Shown here piece by piece: positions 39,224-48,668 of a stretch of 64,000 bases of DNA; within the stretch, counting starts at the first letter, position 1; every line of letters starts with the position of its first letter. A program made the position numbers and the translations under genes. The stretch is from Candidatus Fermentibacterota bacterium (GTDB taxonomy: Bacteria; Fermentibacterota; Fermentibacteria; Fermentibacterales; JCC-6). The notes under the pieces are model-generated. The model ran no database searches. It was not told the DNA's origin and worked only from the letters and a program-made list of their open reading frames with translations. Location: assembly GCA_014728175.1 (NCBI GenBank), contig WJMA01000054.1, positions 71,673-135,672 on the forward strand, written 5' to 3'.

Positions 39224-39268
39224 TGTTCCTCCATGCTAAGTAACGGTGTTTTCGAAACCGGCTCCCGG

Positions 39269-39706
39269 TCAGGTCGAGAGCTTCCGGTACGCGGAAACCA
39301 GACCCGGTTGGGGAACCTCGGCGGCGTTCCTGGGGTCGACCTGGTCCGGGCCGAAGTGATCGATCCCTTCGGCCAGGGCCATCTGGCGAAGAACGTCCAT
39401 CACCTTTTGTATGTCTATACCCTTGGGACACCGCACGGTACATTGAAGACAGCTTGCACAGACCCAGATGCTCCTGCTGTTCAGGACAGCTTCACTCTGA
39501 CCGAGTTGGACCAGATGCATGACCGTGCTGGGCAACAGATCCATCTCTTCGGCGAGGGGACAACCGGAGGAGCAGTTGCCGCACTGGTAGCAGGCGAGGA
39601 TGTGCTGCTCGCTCAAGCTGTCCAATCTCTTTCCGAACTCGCCCCGCACCTTTTCCCGGTCCAGCCTCAGACGCGGAGTAGTCTCGTTATCCGCTCCTTC
39701 AGCCAT
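39269..39706 (-). CDS. hdrC: heterodisulfide reductase subunit C (2x4Fe-4S)
   Basis: CYQCGNCSSGCP and CASCLQCTVRCP motifs; start at M48 (MAEGADNE) preceded by GAGAGGAG; the track's 47-codon upstream extension is rejected. Confidence 0.8.
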   Translation of the reverse strand: MAEGADNETTPRLRLDREKVRGEFGKRLDSLSEQHILACYQCGNCSSGCPLAEEMDLLPSTVMHLVQLGQSEAVLNSRSIWVCASCLQCTVRCPKGIDIQKVMDVLRQMALAEGIDHFGPDQVDPRNAAEVPQPGLVSAYRKLST

Positions 39707-40154
39707 GGCTCTCCTCTCGAGAAAGGAACCTCCGCCGGAGGGCTGGTTATCCCATCCAACTGCCCCCGGCTGGTCCCTCCCGATGTAGACTCTTCGGAAA
39801 TGTAGAGCTCCCGCGAATGGTTCCCGCGCGCCGGCGGAATATCGCAAATAACAGAGCCCATAAGTATAAGATCCTAATCAAGTGGATAGGGAATAGAATC
39901 CTACTTTCCAGATATGTCAAGGCGAGTTCCGCCCTCCGGCGGAGCAATGCGTTGAGGTGCGGCTTTCGGGGTATTCGTCTTGACAAGATTGACCTCTCGT
40001 ATTCTTGTACCCACTCGTTCCAAAGAGGCTAGGCAAGTGCGAAGTGCGGTGGTTGGAAACGAGTTGCCGTACGGATGTCCGAACTACGAGCCATAACCCT
40101 CAACATGCCCGACCGTACCTGCGAGCGGCCGTAAGAAAACGGAAAGACACCAAG

Positions 40155-41405
40155 ATGGGAAAGACGCTCAGCGAGAAGATCATCTCCAGTCACTGCGGCA
40201 AGGAGGTAACTCCAGGCGAGCTGGTCATAGCAAATATCGACGGAGCCCTGGTTCAGGATGGAACCGGTCCCCTCTCCGTGGAAGAGCTGCGGAAAGCGAA
40301 CATGGTCATGGCCGCCGTGCCGGACCGAACAGTGCTGTTTCTGGACCACGCCTCTCCCAGCCCCCGAAAGGAGCTCTCCAACGCCCACATCATCCTGAGG
40401 AACTTCGCCAGGGAGACCGGGGTGATTCTCTCCGAGATCGGAGACGGAGTCTGCCACCAGCGGATCGTCGAGGACTACGCCCGTCCGGGAGATCTAATAG
40501 TTGGTGCCGACTCCCATACGGTCACCGCGGGGGCCCTGGGAGCGTTTGCGACCGGCATGGGCTCTTCCGACGTCGGTTTCGCCATGGCCCTGGGCAAGGT
40601 ATGGCTGAAAATCCCGGAGGCTTTTAGGGTAGAGCTTACGGGCTCCCTTTCGGAGGCAGTTTACTCCAAGGACGTGATCCTACACCTGATCGGGTCGATC
40701 ACCGCGGACGGAGCGACGTACAACGCCCTGGAGTTCACCGGACCGGGAGCAACCGCGCTCAGCATGTCCGACCGGATGACAATATCCAACATGGCCGTGG
40801 AAGCCGGGGCGAAGGTGGGCCTTTTCGAATCGGACGACTCCACCCGGGAGTACCTGGAGGAGATGTCTCGAGGGCAGGATTGGAAAAGAATGGCTCCGGA
40901 CCCGGACGCCTCCTACCAGAGGACCATAGAGCTGGACCTGGGAACGGTGGAGCCTACCGTAAGCTGTCCGCATACCGTGGACAACACCTCCCCGGCATCT
41001 GAGCTGGGCGAGGTCGAGATCGACCAGGCGGTGGTGGGCACCTGTACCAATGGAAGAATCGAGGATCTACGGGTGGCCGCCTCCCTGCTCCGGAGAAGAA
41101 AAGTGTCGGACCAGGTCCGTCTCCTGGTGGTCCCGGCCTCCCGCAGGGTGTATCTGGAAGCCCTCCGGGAGGGATTGCTGGAGACATTCGTGGAATCCAA
41201 CGGAACGGTCCTGCCGCCGGGATGCGGACCCTGCGTGGGAGTGCACCAGGGCGTGCTCGGCGACGGAGAGACCTGCATCTCTACACAGAACAGAAACTTC
41301 CATGGTCGGATGGGAAACCCCAAGGGTTCGATCTACCTCGGCTCCCCGGCCACCGTCGCGGCATCGGCCCTGACCGGGAGGATCACCGACCCCAGAGAGG
41401 TCTGA
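40155..41405 (+). CDS. aconitase-superfamily hydro-lyase large subunit (LeuC/HacA type, ~416 aa)
   Basis: Start at M51 (MGKTLSEKII); …VGADSHT…, …CTNGRIEDL… aconitase-family blocks. Confidence 0.85.
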   Translation: MGKTLSEKIISSHCGKEVTPGELVIANIDGALVQDGTGPLSVEELRKANMVMAAVPDRTVLFLDHASPSPRKELSNAHIILRNFARETGVILSEIGDGVCHQRIVEDYARPGDLIVGADSHTVTAGALGAFATGMGSSDVGFAMALGKVWLKIPEAFRVELTGSLSEAVYSKDVILHLIGSITADGATYNALEFTGPGATALSMSDRMTISNMAVEAGAKVGLFESDDSTREYLEEMSRGQDWKRMAPDPDASYQRTIELDLGTVEPTVSCPHTVDNTSPASELGEVEIDQAVVGTCTNGRIEDLRVAASLLRRRKVSDQVRLLVVPASRRVYLEALREGLLETFVESNGTVLPPGCGPCVGVHQGVLGDGETCISTQNRNFHGRMGNPKGSIYLGSPATVAASALTGRITDPREV

Positions 41406-41436
41406 TCGGAAGACGAAACAGGAGAGGACTGACAAG

Positions 41437-41952
41437 GTGCTAGAGGGAAAGGCGTTCAAGTTCGGGGACAACATCTCCACCGACCACATAACCCCTGGCA
41501 GATATTTCCATCTCAGAGGGGACATAGAGAAGCTGGCCGAGCATACCCTGGAGGACGCGGACGAGACCTTCGCCTCCAGGGTCTCCGAGGGAGATTTCGT
41601 GGTGGCGGGAAACAACTTCGGGTTGGGTTCCTCCAGAGAGCACGCTCCGCGGGTCATAAAGCAGTGCGGGGTCGCCACCATACTGGCCGAATCCTTTGCC
41701 AGAATATTCTATCGCAACGCCATAAACATCGGCCTTCCGGTGATCGAATGCGACACCTCGCAGATCGAGGACGGAGACCGGATCCAGGTAGACCTCGACG
41801 AAGGCAAGGTAAGGGTACCCGAAAAGCAGATCGAGGTATCTTTCACCCCCTTCCCCGACTTCATGAAGGAGTTGCTGGCCGACGGAGGCCTATCCGCCCA
41901 TCTGCAGAAGAACAAAGGATTCAAGATTGGAGGATCATCGGATGGCCCCTGA
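41437..41952 (+). CDS. aconitase-superfamily hydro-lyase small subunit (LeuD type)
   Basis: [16 protein letters not shown] and GSSREHAP swivel-domain motifs. Confidence 0.85.
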   Translation: MLEGKAFKFGDNISTDHITPGRYFHLRGDIEKLAEHTLEDADETFASRVSEGDFVVAGNNFGLGSSREHAPRVIKQCGVATILAESFARIFYRNAINIGLPVIECDTSQIEDGDRIQVDLDEGKVRVPEKQIEVSFTPFPDFMKELLADGGLSAHLQKNKGFKIGGSSDGP

Positions 41953-43225
41953 GAGGATCACGGTCACCGACGGCAAGCTCGAGGTTCCCGACAAACCCAT
42001 AATTCCATTCATCGAGGGTGACGGTATAGGAGCGGACATAACCTCCGCCTCCATGGTCGTCTGGAACGCCGCGGTGAAGAAGGCTTACGGCGGCAAGAAG
42101 CGCATAGAGTGGAAGGAGATATACGCCGGGGAAAAGGGGTTCGATAAAACCGGCTCCTACCTTCCGGACGAGACCGTCGAGGCCATAAGGGAGTACGTGG
42201 TGGCCATAAAGGGCCCCCTAACCACCCCGGTCGGCGGCGGCTTCCGTAGCCTCAACGTCACCCTTCGCCAGGTCCTGGACCTTTACGCCTGCGTAAGGCC
42301 CGTCAGCTACGTGAGGGGAGTACCCTCCCCCATGAAGCATCCGGAGAAGCTTGACGTGGTCGTGTTCCGGGAGAACACGGAGGACGTCTACTCCGGTATC
42401 GAGTGGGAGCAGGGCACGCCCGATGCCAGGAAGATCATCGATTTCATAGGCTCGGAGATGGGTAAGCCCATCAGGGCGGACTCAGGGGTGGGCATCAAGC
42501 CCATCTCCATCACCGGCACCAAGAGGCTGGTAAGGAAGGCCATCGAGCACGCAATCAGCAAGAACCGTAGCAGCGTCACCCTGGTGCACAAGGGCAACAT
42601 AATGAAGTACACCGAAGGTGCCTTCAAGGAGTGGGGCTACGAGCTGGCCGCTCAGGAGTACCGCGACCGGGTGATAACCGAGTCGGAGCTGTGGGACCGG
42701 GTCATAGCCGACGACGGCGTAACGCCAACCACGGAGGAAGGCGCATTCGCTCACCTCAGGGGAGGCAGGCCCGCCGGCGACCCCGGGGACAGGATAGTGA
42801 TCAAGGACAGGATAGCCGACCAGATGTTCCAGCAGGTGCTGCTCCGCCCGGACGAGTACGCCGTCCTGGCCCTGCCCAACCTCAACGGCGATTACCTATC
42901 CGACGCCTGCGCGGCCCAGGTGGGTGGCCTGGGAATGGCCCCGGGAGCCAACATCGGTGACTACACGGCGCTGTTCGAGGCAACCCACGGGACGGCCCCC
43001 AAGTACAGAAACATGGACAAGGTCAACCCCGGCTCGCTTCTGCTGTCCGGGGTAATGATGCTGGAGTACCTCGGATGGAACGAGGCCGCCCAGGGCATCC
43101 GGGATGCGCTGGAGAAAACTATTCTCAATAAGACGGTAACCTACGATCTGGCACGTCAACTCGAGGGGGTAGAACCTGTAAAGACAAGCGAGCTGGCCAG
43201 AGCGATAGTGGACAATCTTCCGTAA
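41927..43225 (+). CDS. icd: NADP-dependent isocitrate dehydrogenase (prokaryotic homodimeric type)
   Basis: Near-colinear with E. coli Icd: [75 protein letters not shown]. Start may be the second Met at 41942. Confidence 0.9.
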   Translation: MEDHRMAPERITVTDGKLEVPDKPIIPFIEGDGIGADITSASMVVWNAAVKKAYGGKKRIEWKEIYAGEKGFDKTGSYLPDETVEAIREYVVAIKGPLTTPVGGGFRSLNVTLRQVLDLYACVRPVSYVRGVPSPMKHPEKLDVVVFRENTEDVYSGIEWEQGTPDARKIIDFIGSEMGKPIRADSGVGIKPISITGTKRLVRKAIEHAISKNRSSVTLVHKGNIMKYTEGAFKEWGYELAAQEYRDRVITESELWDRVIADDGVTPTTEEGAFAHLRGGRPAGDPGDRIVIKDRIADQMFQQVLLRPDEYAVLALPNLNGDYLSDACAAQVGGLGMAPGANIGDYTALFEATHGTAPKYRNMDKVNPGSLLLSGVMMLEYLGWNEAAQGIRDALEKTILNKTVTYDLARQLEGVEPVKTSELARAIVDNLP

Positions 43226-43248
43226 TCAAAGCAGTCAGGGGAGATGCA

Positions 43249-44898
43249 ATGACTTTTCAGGAGCGCCTTGACGAGTTCCTGGCCGGAAGGCCGGACAAGA
43301 AGCACAATCCACCTCGCACGGAGATGATAGAGGAAGCGGTGAAACGCCGCGAGGCGATGGTAAGCGCCAACGGCGCGCTGGCCACATGGACGCCTCCCGA
43401 GTCCACGGGCAGAAGCCCGAAGGACACGGTCATAGTCAAGCGTCCTTCTTCGGAGAGAAACATAGACTGGTCCAGCCCCAACAACATCCCTTTGGAGGAG
43501 GATACCTTCGAGATGCTTCTGGAGGATGCCTACCGTACCCTCCAGGAGAAGGAGACGATCTACGTTACCGAGAGGACGGTGGGAGCGGACTCCAGGATAG
43601 CCCTGAAGGTCAAAACGGTAACCGACTTCGCCCTCACGGCCCTGTTCACGGACAACATGTTTAGATCCATTCCCGAGGACTTCGACCGGAGCTGCTTCGC
43701 CGACAAGACGTTCACCCTGGTCGTTCTACCCTACGACAAGCTGGACCCCGAACGGTACGAGGGAAAGCTGAGAATAGACCCCAGGCTGGGCCATACCTCC
43801 ACTATGGCGGTGGCCATGGACATGGACAACTGGCTGGGCGTCGTCTACGGCTCCGCCTACGGCGGAAGCGTAAAGAAGCTGATCTTTACGGTCATGAACT
43901 ACATACTGCCCGGAGAGGGAATACTACCGCTGCACTGCAGTGCCAACGAGGGCCCCGACGGAGACCTGGCGATGCTTCTGGGCCTTTCCGGAACCGGAAA
44001 GACCACGCTATCGGCGGATCCGTCTCGAGCCCTGCTGGGTGACGACGAGCACGGCTGGAGCGAGCACGGCATTTGCAACTTCGAGAACGGCTGCTACGCC
44101 AAGCTGATCGACCTCGATCCGGAAAAGGAGCCGGAGATACACAACGCCTGTTTCCACCAGGACGACTACCCGAACCACGGCGCGATAATCGAGAACGCCA
44201 TGATCTTCCCCAACGGCGAGTTCGATCTGTTCGACGACAGGTTCACCCCCAACTCGCGGGGCTCCTACCCCCTTCGCTACCTGACCAACATCAAGCCCTC
44301 GTCGGTAGGAGACCATCCCAAGACCATCCTGTTCCTGACCGCCGACGCGAACGGCGTTCTCCCTCCGGTGGCCAAGTTCACCACCGACCAGGCGATGTTC
44401 TGGTTCCTGATGGGTTACACCAGCAAGCTGGCCGGAACCGAGACCGGTATAGTCGACCCCGTCAGCACCTTCTCCCGCTTCTTCGGCGAGCCCTTCATGC
44501 CCCGCAACCCCGACGTCTACGCCCGGATGCTGGGCGAGCGGCTGGACGAGCACGGGACACGGGTCTACGGAATCAACACCGGCTGGACCGGCGGGCCTTA
44601 CGGAGAGGGCCACAGAATTGACCTGCCCCTGACACGGATAATGGTGAACGCCGTTCTCTCGGGTAAGCTCGACGACGTCGAGTTCGAGCAGGATCCGATC
44701 TTCAAGCTGCTCTACCCCAAGACCTGCCCGGGTCTTCCGGACGACTCGATACTCAAGCCGGTGAATACCTGGGACGACCCCGAGGCCTACAGACGACGGG
44801 CGGAGAAGCTGGCATCGGAGTTCGCAGAACACTTCGACAAGGCTTACGGTAACAAGGGAATCGACCCTGCGGTCGAAGCTGCTTGTCCAGGTAAATAA
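43249..44898 (+). CDS. pckA: phosphoenolpyruvate carboxykinase (ATP)
   Basis: LGLSGTGKTTLSADPSRALLGDDEHGW kinase-1a/P-loop region typical of ATP-PEPCK. Confidence 0.9.
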   Translation: MTFQERLDEFLAGRPDKKHNPPRTEMIEEAVKRREAMVSANGALATWTPPESTGRSPKDTVIVKRPSSERNIDWSSPNNIPLEEDTFEMLLEDAYRTLQEKETIYVTERTVGADSRIALKVKTVTDFALTALFTDNMFRSIPEDFDRSCFADKTFTLVVLPYDKLDPERYEGKLRIDPRLGHTSTMAVAMDMDNWLGVVYGSAYGGSVKKLIFTVMNYILPGEGILPLHCSANEGPDGDLAMLLGLSGTGKTTLSADPSRALLGDDEHGWSEHGICNFENGCYAKLIDLDPEKEPEIHNACFHQDDYPNHGAIIENAMIFPNGEFDLFDDRFTPNSRGSYPLRYLTNIKPSSVGDHPKTILFLTADANGVLPPVAKFTTDQAMFWFLMGYTSKLAGTETGIVDPVSTFSRFFGEPFMPRNPDVYARMLGERLDEHGTRVYGINTGWTGGPYGEGHRIDLPLTRIMVNAVLSGKLDDVEFEQDPIFKLLYPKTCPGLPDDSILKPVNTWDDPEAYRRRAEKLASEFAEHFDKAYGNKGIDPAVEAACPGK

Positions 44899-44935
44899 CG
44901 GTATAGTAACAAGTTACGAAGTACGAATCCACAAA

Positions 44936-44976
44936 GCGCCCGGGGCCATCCCGCCGGAGACTCCGGGCGCTCTTCT
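44936..44976 (+). terminator. Candidate terminator hairpin downstream of pckA
   Basis: GCGCCCGG…(19 nt)…CCGGGCGC 8-bp GC stem followed by TCTTCT; the U-tract is weak. Confidence 0.35.
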
Positions 44977-44980
44977 ACGG

Positions 44981-45009
44981 TTGACCCCCCTGGTAGCGGG
45001 GTCTATATA
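44981..45009 (+). promoter_or_regulatory. Sigma70-like promoter for the larA-family gene
   Basis: TTGACC (44981-44986), 17-nt spacer, TATATA (45004-45009); GAAAGGTG RBS at 45044-45051 before ATG 45058. Confidence 0.5.
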
Positions 45010-45057
45010 GGTTGATTCTTCTTCCAGGGAGCTGCGCCCCAAACGAAAGGTGATTCC

Positions 45058-46326
45058 ATGGCTGAAGGCGAGCTTACCGAACTGGAAGTCCCCTACGGCA
45101 GGGATACCACGATGGTCAGACTGCCGTCCTCCAACGTTTTGGCAACGGTTCACCCCAACGAGGTGGAAAAGACCGACGCTGGGGTCGCCCTCAGGGAAGC
45201 TCTGGAGAATCCCGTCTCGTCTCCTTCCTTCTCCGACTTCCTCTCCGGCGGCGGTAGTACCCTGGTCATAGTTAACGACGGTACCCGTCCCACCCCCACC
45301 TCGAAGGTGCTCGACCACCTCTTCGACATGATACCCCCCGAGACCGCGGCAGACCTGGAGTTCCTCATGGCCACGGGCATACACAGAGCTCCCACGGAAG
45401 AGGAGCTGGGCTTTATATTCGGCCGGCACCTCGAAGGGCTGCGCGACCGTATACACGTGCACGATGCGGAGAAAGACGAGATGGTCCATCTCGGCACCTC
45501 CAGCAACGGCACGGAGATGTACCTGAACAAGATGGGGGTGGAGGCCGACCGACTGGTCATAATCGGGTCGGTGGAACCCCACTACTTCGCGGGCTACACC
45601 GGCGGCAGGAAATCCTTCCTTCCCGGAATAGCCTCCTACCGGACCATCGAGCAGAACCACAAGTACGCCCTGCTTCCCGAGGCGAAGGCACTGGCCCTGC
45701 AGGGCAATCCGGTGCACGAGGATATGATAGACGCCCTCAAGGCCGTCACCGAGAAACCCATCTTCTCCATACAGACCGTTCTGGACCGCGAGAGGGACAT
45801 ATACGCGGCCACCGCGGGACATATTCACGAATCCTTCTACGCGGCCATAGACAAGGCGAAAGAGGTTTTCTGCGTCGAGGTTCCCCGAAAGGCCGAGATC
45901 GTGGTGTCCGTCGCGCCATATCCGATGGACGTCGATCTGTACCAATCCCAGAAGGCCATCGACAACGCCAAGCTGGCCCTGAAGGAGAACGGGATTCTCG
46001 TACTGGCAGCTACTTGCAGAACCGGCATAGGGCACGAGACATTCTACGAGCTTCTTTCCTCCTGCGACTCCCCGCAGGAGGCGATCGATACGATAGATAA
46101 AGGCTACGTACTGGGCTACCACAAGGCGGCCAAAATGGCCGAGATAGGTCTTTGGGCCGACATGTGGGCGGTTACGGAGCTGCCCGACGATATGGTTAGG
46201 AACGTCCTAATGGAGCCCTTCGAGAACCTACAGACGGCCGTAGATGCCGCGCTGCAGCTAAAGGGCCCCGATGCCGGGGTGCTGTTCCTCATGGAGGGCA
46301 GCATCACGGTTCCAATCGTCGAATAA
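45058..46326 (+). CDS. larA: LarA-family nickel-pincer-dependent 2-hydroxyacid racemase (lactate racemase or paralog such as malate racemase)
   Basis: …IGSVEPHYFAGYTGGRKSFLPG… matches the LarA His/Lys catalytic-motif region; 422 aa. Confidence 0.8.
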   Translation: MAEGELTELEVPYGRDTTMVRLPSSNVLATVHPNEVEKTDAGVALREALENPVSSPSFSDFLSGGGSTLVIVNDGTRPTPTSKVLDHLFDMIPPETAADLEFLMATGIHRAPTEEELGFIFGRHLEGLRDRIHVHDAEKDEMVHLGTSSNGTEMYLNKMGVEADRLVIIGSVEPHYFAGYTGGRKSFLPGIASYRTIEQNHKYALLPEAKALALQGNPVHEDMIDALKAVTEKPIFSIQTVLDRERDIYAATAGHIHESFYAAIDKAKEVFCVEVPRKAEIVVSVAPYPMDVDLYQSQKAIDNAKLALKENGILVLAATCRTGIGHETFYELLSSCDSPQEAIDTIDKGYVLGYHKAAKMAEIGLWADMWAVTELPDDMVRNVLMEPFENLQTAVDAALQLKGPDAGVLFLMEGSITVPIVE

Positions 46327-46362
46327 CCTATACTCCCGGATACCGGGGGAGGTTCTGACAAC

Positions 46363-48621
46363 ATGGCTATCACGCGCGAAGAGTCACTGGACTACCATAC
46401 CAGGGGAAGACCGGGCAAGATCGAGGTCGCATCAACCAAGCGCTGCAGAACGCAGCGAGACCTATCCATGGCCTATACTCCCGGAGTCGCCGAGCCCTGC
46501 AGGATCATTGAGAAGGATGTGTCGGAAGTCTACACCTACACGGCCAGGGGCAACCTGGTGGCGGTGATCTCCAACGGGACGGCGGTGCTGGGCCTCGGTG
46601 ACATAGGCCCCGAAGCGGGAAAGCCGGTCATGGAAGGCAAGGGTGTCCTTTTCAAGCGATTCGCCGATATCGACGTCTTCGATCTGGAGATGAATACCAA
46701 GGACCCCGAGAAGCTCATCAACGCGGTCCAGCTCCTGGAGCCCACCTTCGGAGGCATCAACCTGGAGGACATTGCTGCCCCCGAGTGCTTCCTCATAGAG
46801 GAAGAGCTCAAGAAGCGGATGAACATCCCGGTCTTCCACGACGATCAGCACGGAACCGCGATAATCTCGGGAGCGGCCCTTCTAAACGCCCTCGAGATAA
46901 ACGGAAAGAAGATAGGCCAGCTCAAGCTGGTGGTCAGCGGAGCGGGGGCGTCGGCCATCGCCTGCACCAAGTACTACATCAGTCTGGGCGTGAAGCCGGA
47001 GAACGTTCTCATGGTGGACAGCAAAGGGGTGATCTACAAGGGGCGAAAGAAGAACATGAACCCCTACAAGGAGCAGTTCGCCGCCGAGACCGAAGCCAGA
47101 ACTCTCCAGGACGCCATGAAGGGCGCCGACGTGTTTCTGGGTCTCTCCGTAGGGGGCTTGGTATCCCAGGACATGGTAAAATCGATGGCCGACGACCCGG
47201 TGATCTTCGCCATGGCCAACCCCGATCCGGAAATTACCTACGAGGACGCCACTGCGGCCCGTGAAGACGTGATAATGGCCACCGGCAGGTCCGACTACCC
47301 CAACCAGGTAAACAACGTACTGGGATTCCCCTTCATTTTCAGGGGCGCCCTGGACGTCAGGGCCACCGACATAAACGAGAAGATGAAGCACGCGGCGACC
47401 AAGGCCCTCGCCGACCTGGCCAAGGAGGACGTGCCCGACTCCGTGTGCAGGGCCTACAGGGTGGAAAGGCTGTCCTTCGGCAGGGACTATCTGATTCCCA
47501 AACCCTTCGATCACAGGGTCCTTCTCTGGGAGGCCCACGCGGTGGCCAAGGCCGCCATAGAAAGCGGGGTGGCCCAGCAGGAGCTGGACCTCGAGGACTA
47601 CAGGAACCAGCTGGAGGCCCGGCTGGGAAGAAGCTATAGCGTGATGCGGGTGGTCATAACCAAGGCCCAGAAGCACCCCAGGCGGATAGCATTCCCCGAG
47701 GGGGAGAACGACAAGATCCTCCGGGCCAGCTCATTGATCATAGAGGAGGGTATTGCCAAGCCCATACTCCTGGGAAGTCCCGACGTCATACGAAAGCGGG
47801 CCGAGGAGCTGGGCCTGGAGCTGGAGGAGGCTGAGACCATCGATCCCACCGAGTCCCCTCTGCTGGAGGACTACGCGCAGGAGTACTACCAGCTGAGGCA
47901 GCGCAAGGGCCGCACTCTGGAGCACTGCCGCGAGCTTCTTCGCCTGCCTCGGGTATACGGACCGATGATGGTGCGCATGGGCGACGCCGACAGCGTTCTG
48001 GGTGGAATCACCATGCACTATCCGGAGATGATAAGACCGGCGATAAGGGTTATCGGCACGGAGGGCGAGCCGGGGATAGTCATGGGAATGTACATGCTGA
48101 TATTCCCCGACAAAGTGATCTTCTTCGCCGACACCACCGTGAACATAGAACCCGACGCGGAGCAGGTCGCCCGGATCGCCAGGATGACCGCCAGATACGT
48201 CACCGGCCTGGGCTTCGAGCCCCGGATAGCCATGCTGTCCTTCTCCAACTTCGGAAGCTCGAAGCACGAGAAGACGCTGAAGATGAAACGGGCGACCGAG
48301 CTGGTGAAGAAGGCCGAGCCCGAGCTGATTATAGACGGCGAGATGCAGGCGGATACGGCCGTACTTCCGGGGATCATCGAGAGCACCTACCCCTTCTCCA
48401 CGCTGAAGGGGGGCGCCAACGTGCTGATCTTCCCCGACCTGCAGGCCGCAAACATAGCCTACAAGCTCGCGGCCAACCTGGGCAAGGCCGACGCCGTCGG
48501 GCCCATTCTTATGGGGTTGAAGAAGTCGGCCCACGTGCTCAGGCACGGGTGCGAAGCGGACGACGTAGTGAACATGGCGGCGATAGCCGTCGCGGAGATA
48601 CTGGAGATGTCGGGGCGCTGA
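46363..48621 (+). CDS. maeB: NADP-dependent malic enzyme, MaeB-type with C-terminal phosphotransacetylase-like domain
   Basis: 752 aa; N-terminal malic-enzyme NAD(P) domain (…[19 protein letters not shown]…, GAGASAIA) plus ~330-aa PTA-like C-terminal domain. Confidence 0.9.
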   Translation: MAITREESLDYHTRGRPGKIEVASTKRCRTQRDLSMAYTPGVAEPCRIIEKDVSEVYTYTARGNLVAVISNGTAVLGLGDIGPEAGKPVMEGKGVLFKRFADIDVFDLEMNTKDPEKLINAVQLLEPTFGGINLEDIAAPECFLIEEELKKRMNIPVFHDDQHGTAIISGAALLNALEINGKKIGQLKLVVSGAGASAIACTKYYISLGVKPENVLMVDSKGVIYKGRKKNMNPYKEQFAAETEARTLQDAMKGADVFLGLSVGGLVSQDMVKSMADDPVIFAMANPDPEITYEDATAAREDVIMATGRSDYPNQVNNVLGFPFIFRGALDVRATDINEKMKHAATKALADLAKEDVPDSVCRAYRVERLSFGRDYLIPKPFDHRVLLWEAHAVAKAAIESGVAQQELDLEDYRNQLEARLGRSYSVMRVVITKAQKHPRRIAFPEGENDKILRASSLIIEEGIAKPILLGSPDVIRKRAEELGLELEEAETIDPTESPLLEDYAQEYYQLRQRKGRTLEHCRELLRLPRVYGPMMVRMGDADSVLGGITMHYPEMIRPAIRVIGTEGEPGIVMGMYMLIFPDKVIFFADTTVNIEPDAEQVARIARMTARYVTGLGFEPRIAMLSFSNFGSSKHEKTLKMKRATELVKKAEPELIIDGEMQADTAVLPGIIESTYPFSTLKGGANVLIFPDLQAANIAYKLAANLGKADAVGPILMGLKKSAHVLRHGCEADDVVNMAAIAVAEILEMSGR

Positions 48622-48668
48622 GCGTGGTATGACTCCCGCCAGGGCCCCGGAGGGAGCGATAGCGAAGC

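Noticed and set aside
39707-39847. 47-codon upstream extension of hdrC, and similar extensions of the LeuC-type gene (40005-40154), mvhD copy 2 (54088-54243) and the NuoC-like gene (63096-63251)
   Set aside because: Homology begins at internal starts preceded by RBS-like sequences and/or forming ATGA overlaps with the upstream gene; the extended regions are low-complexity with no homology.
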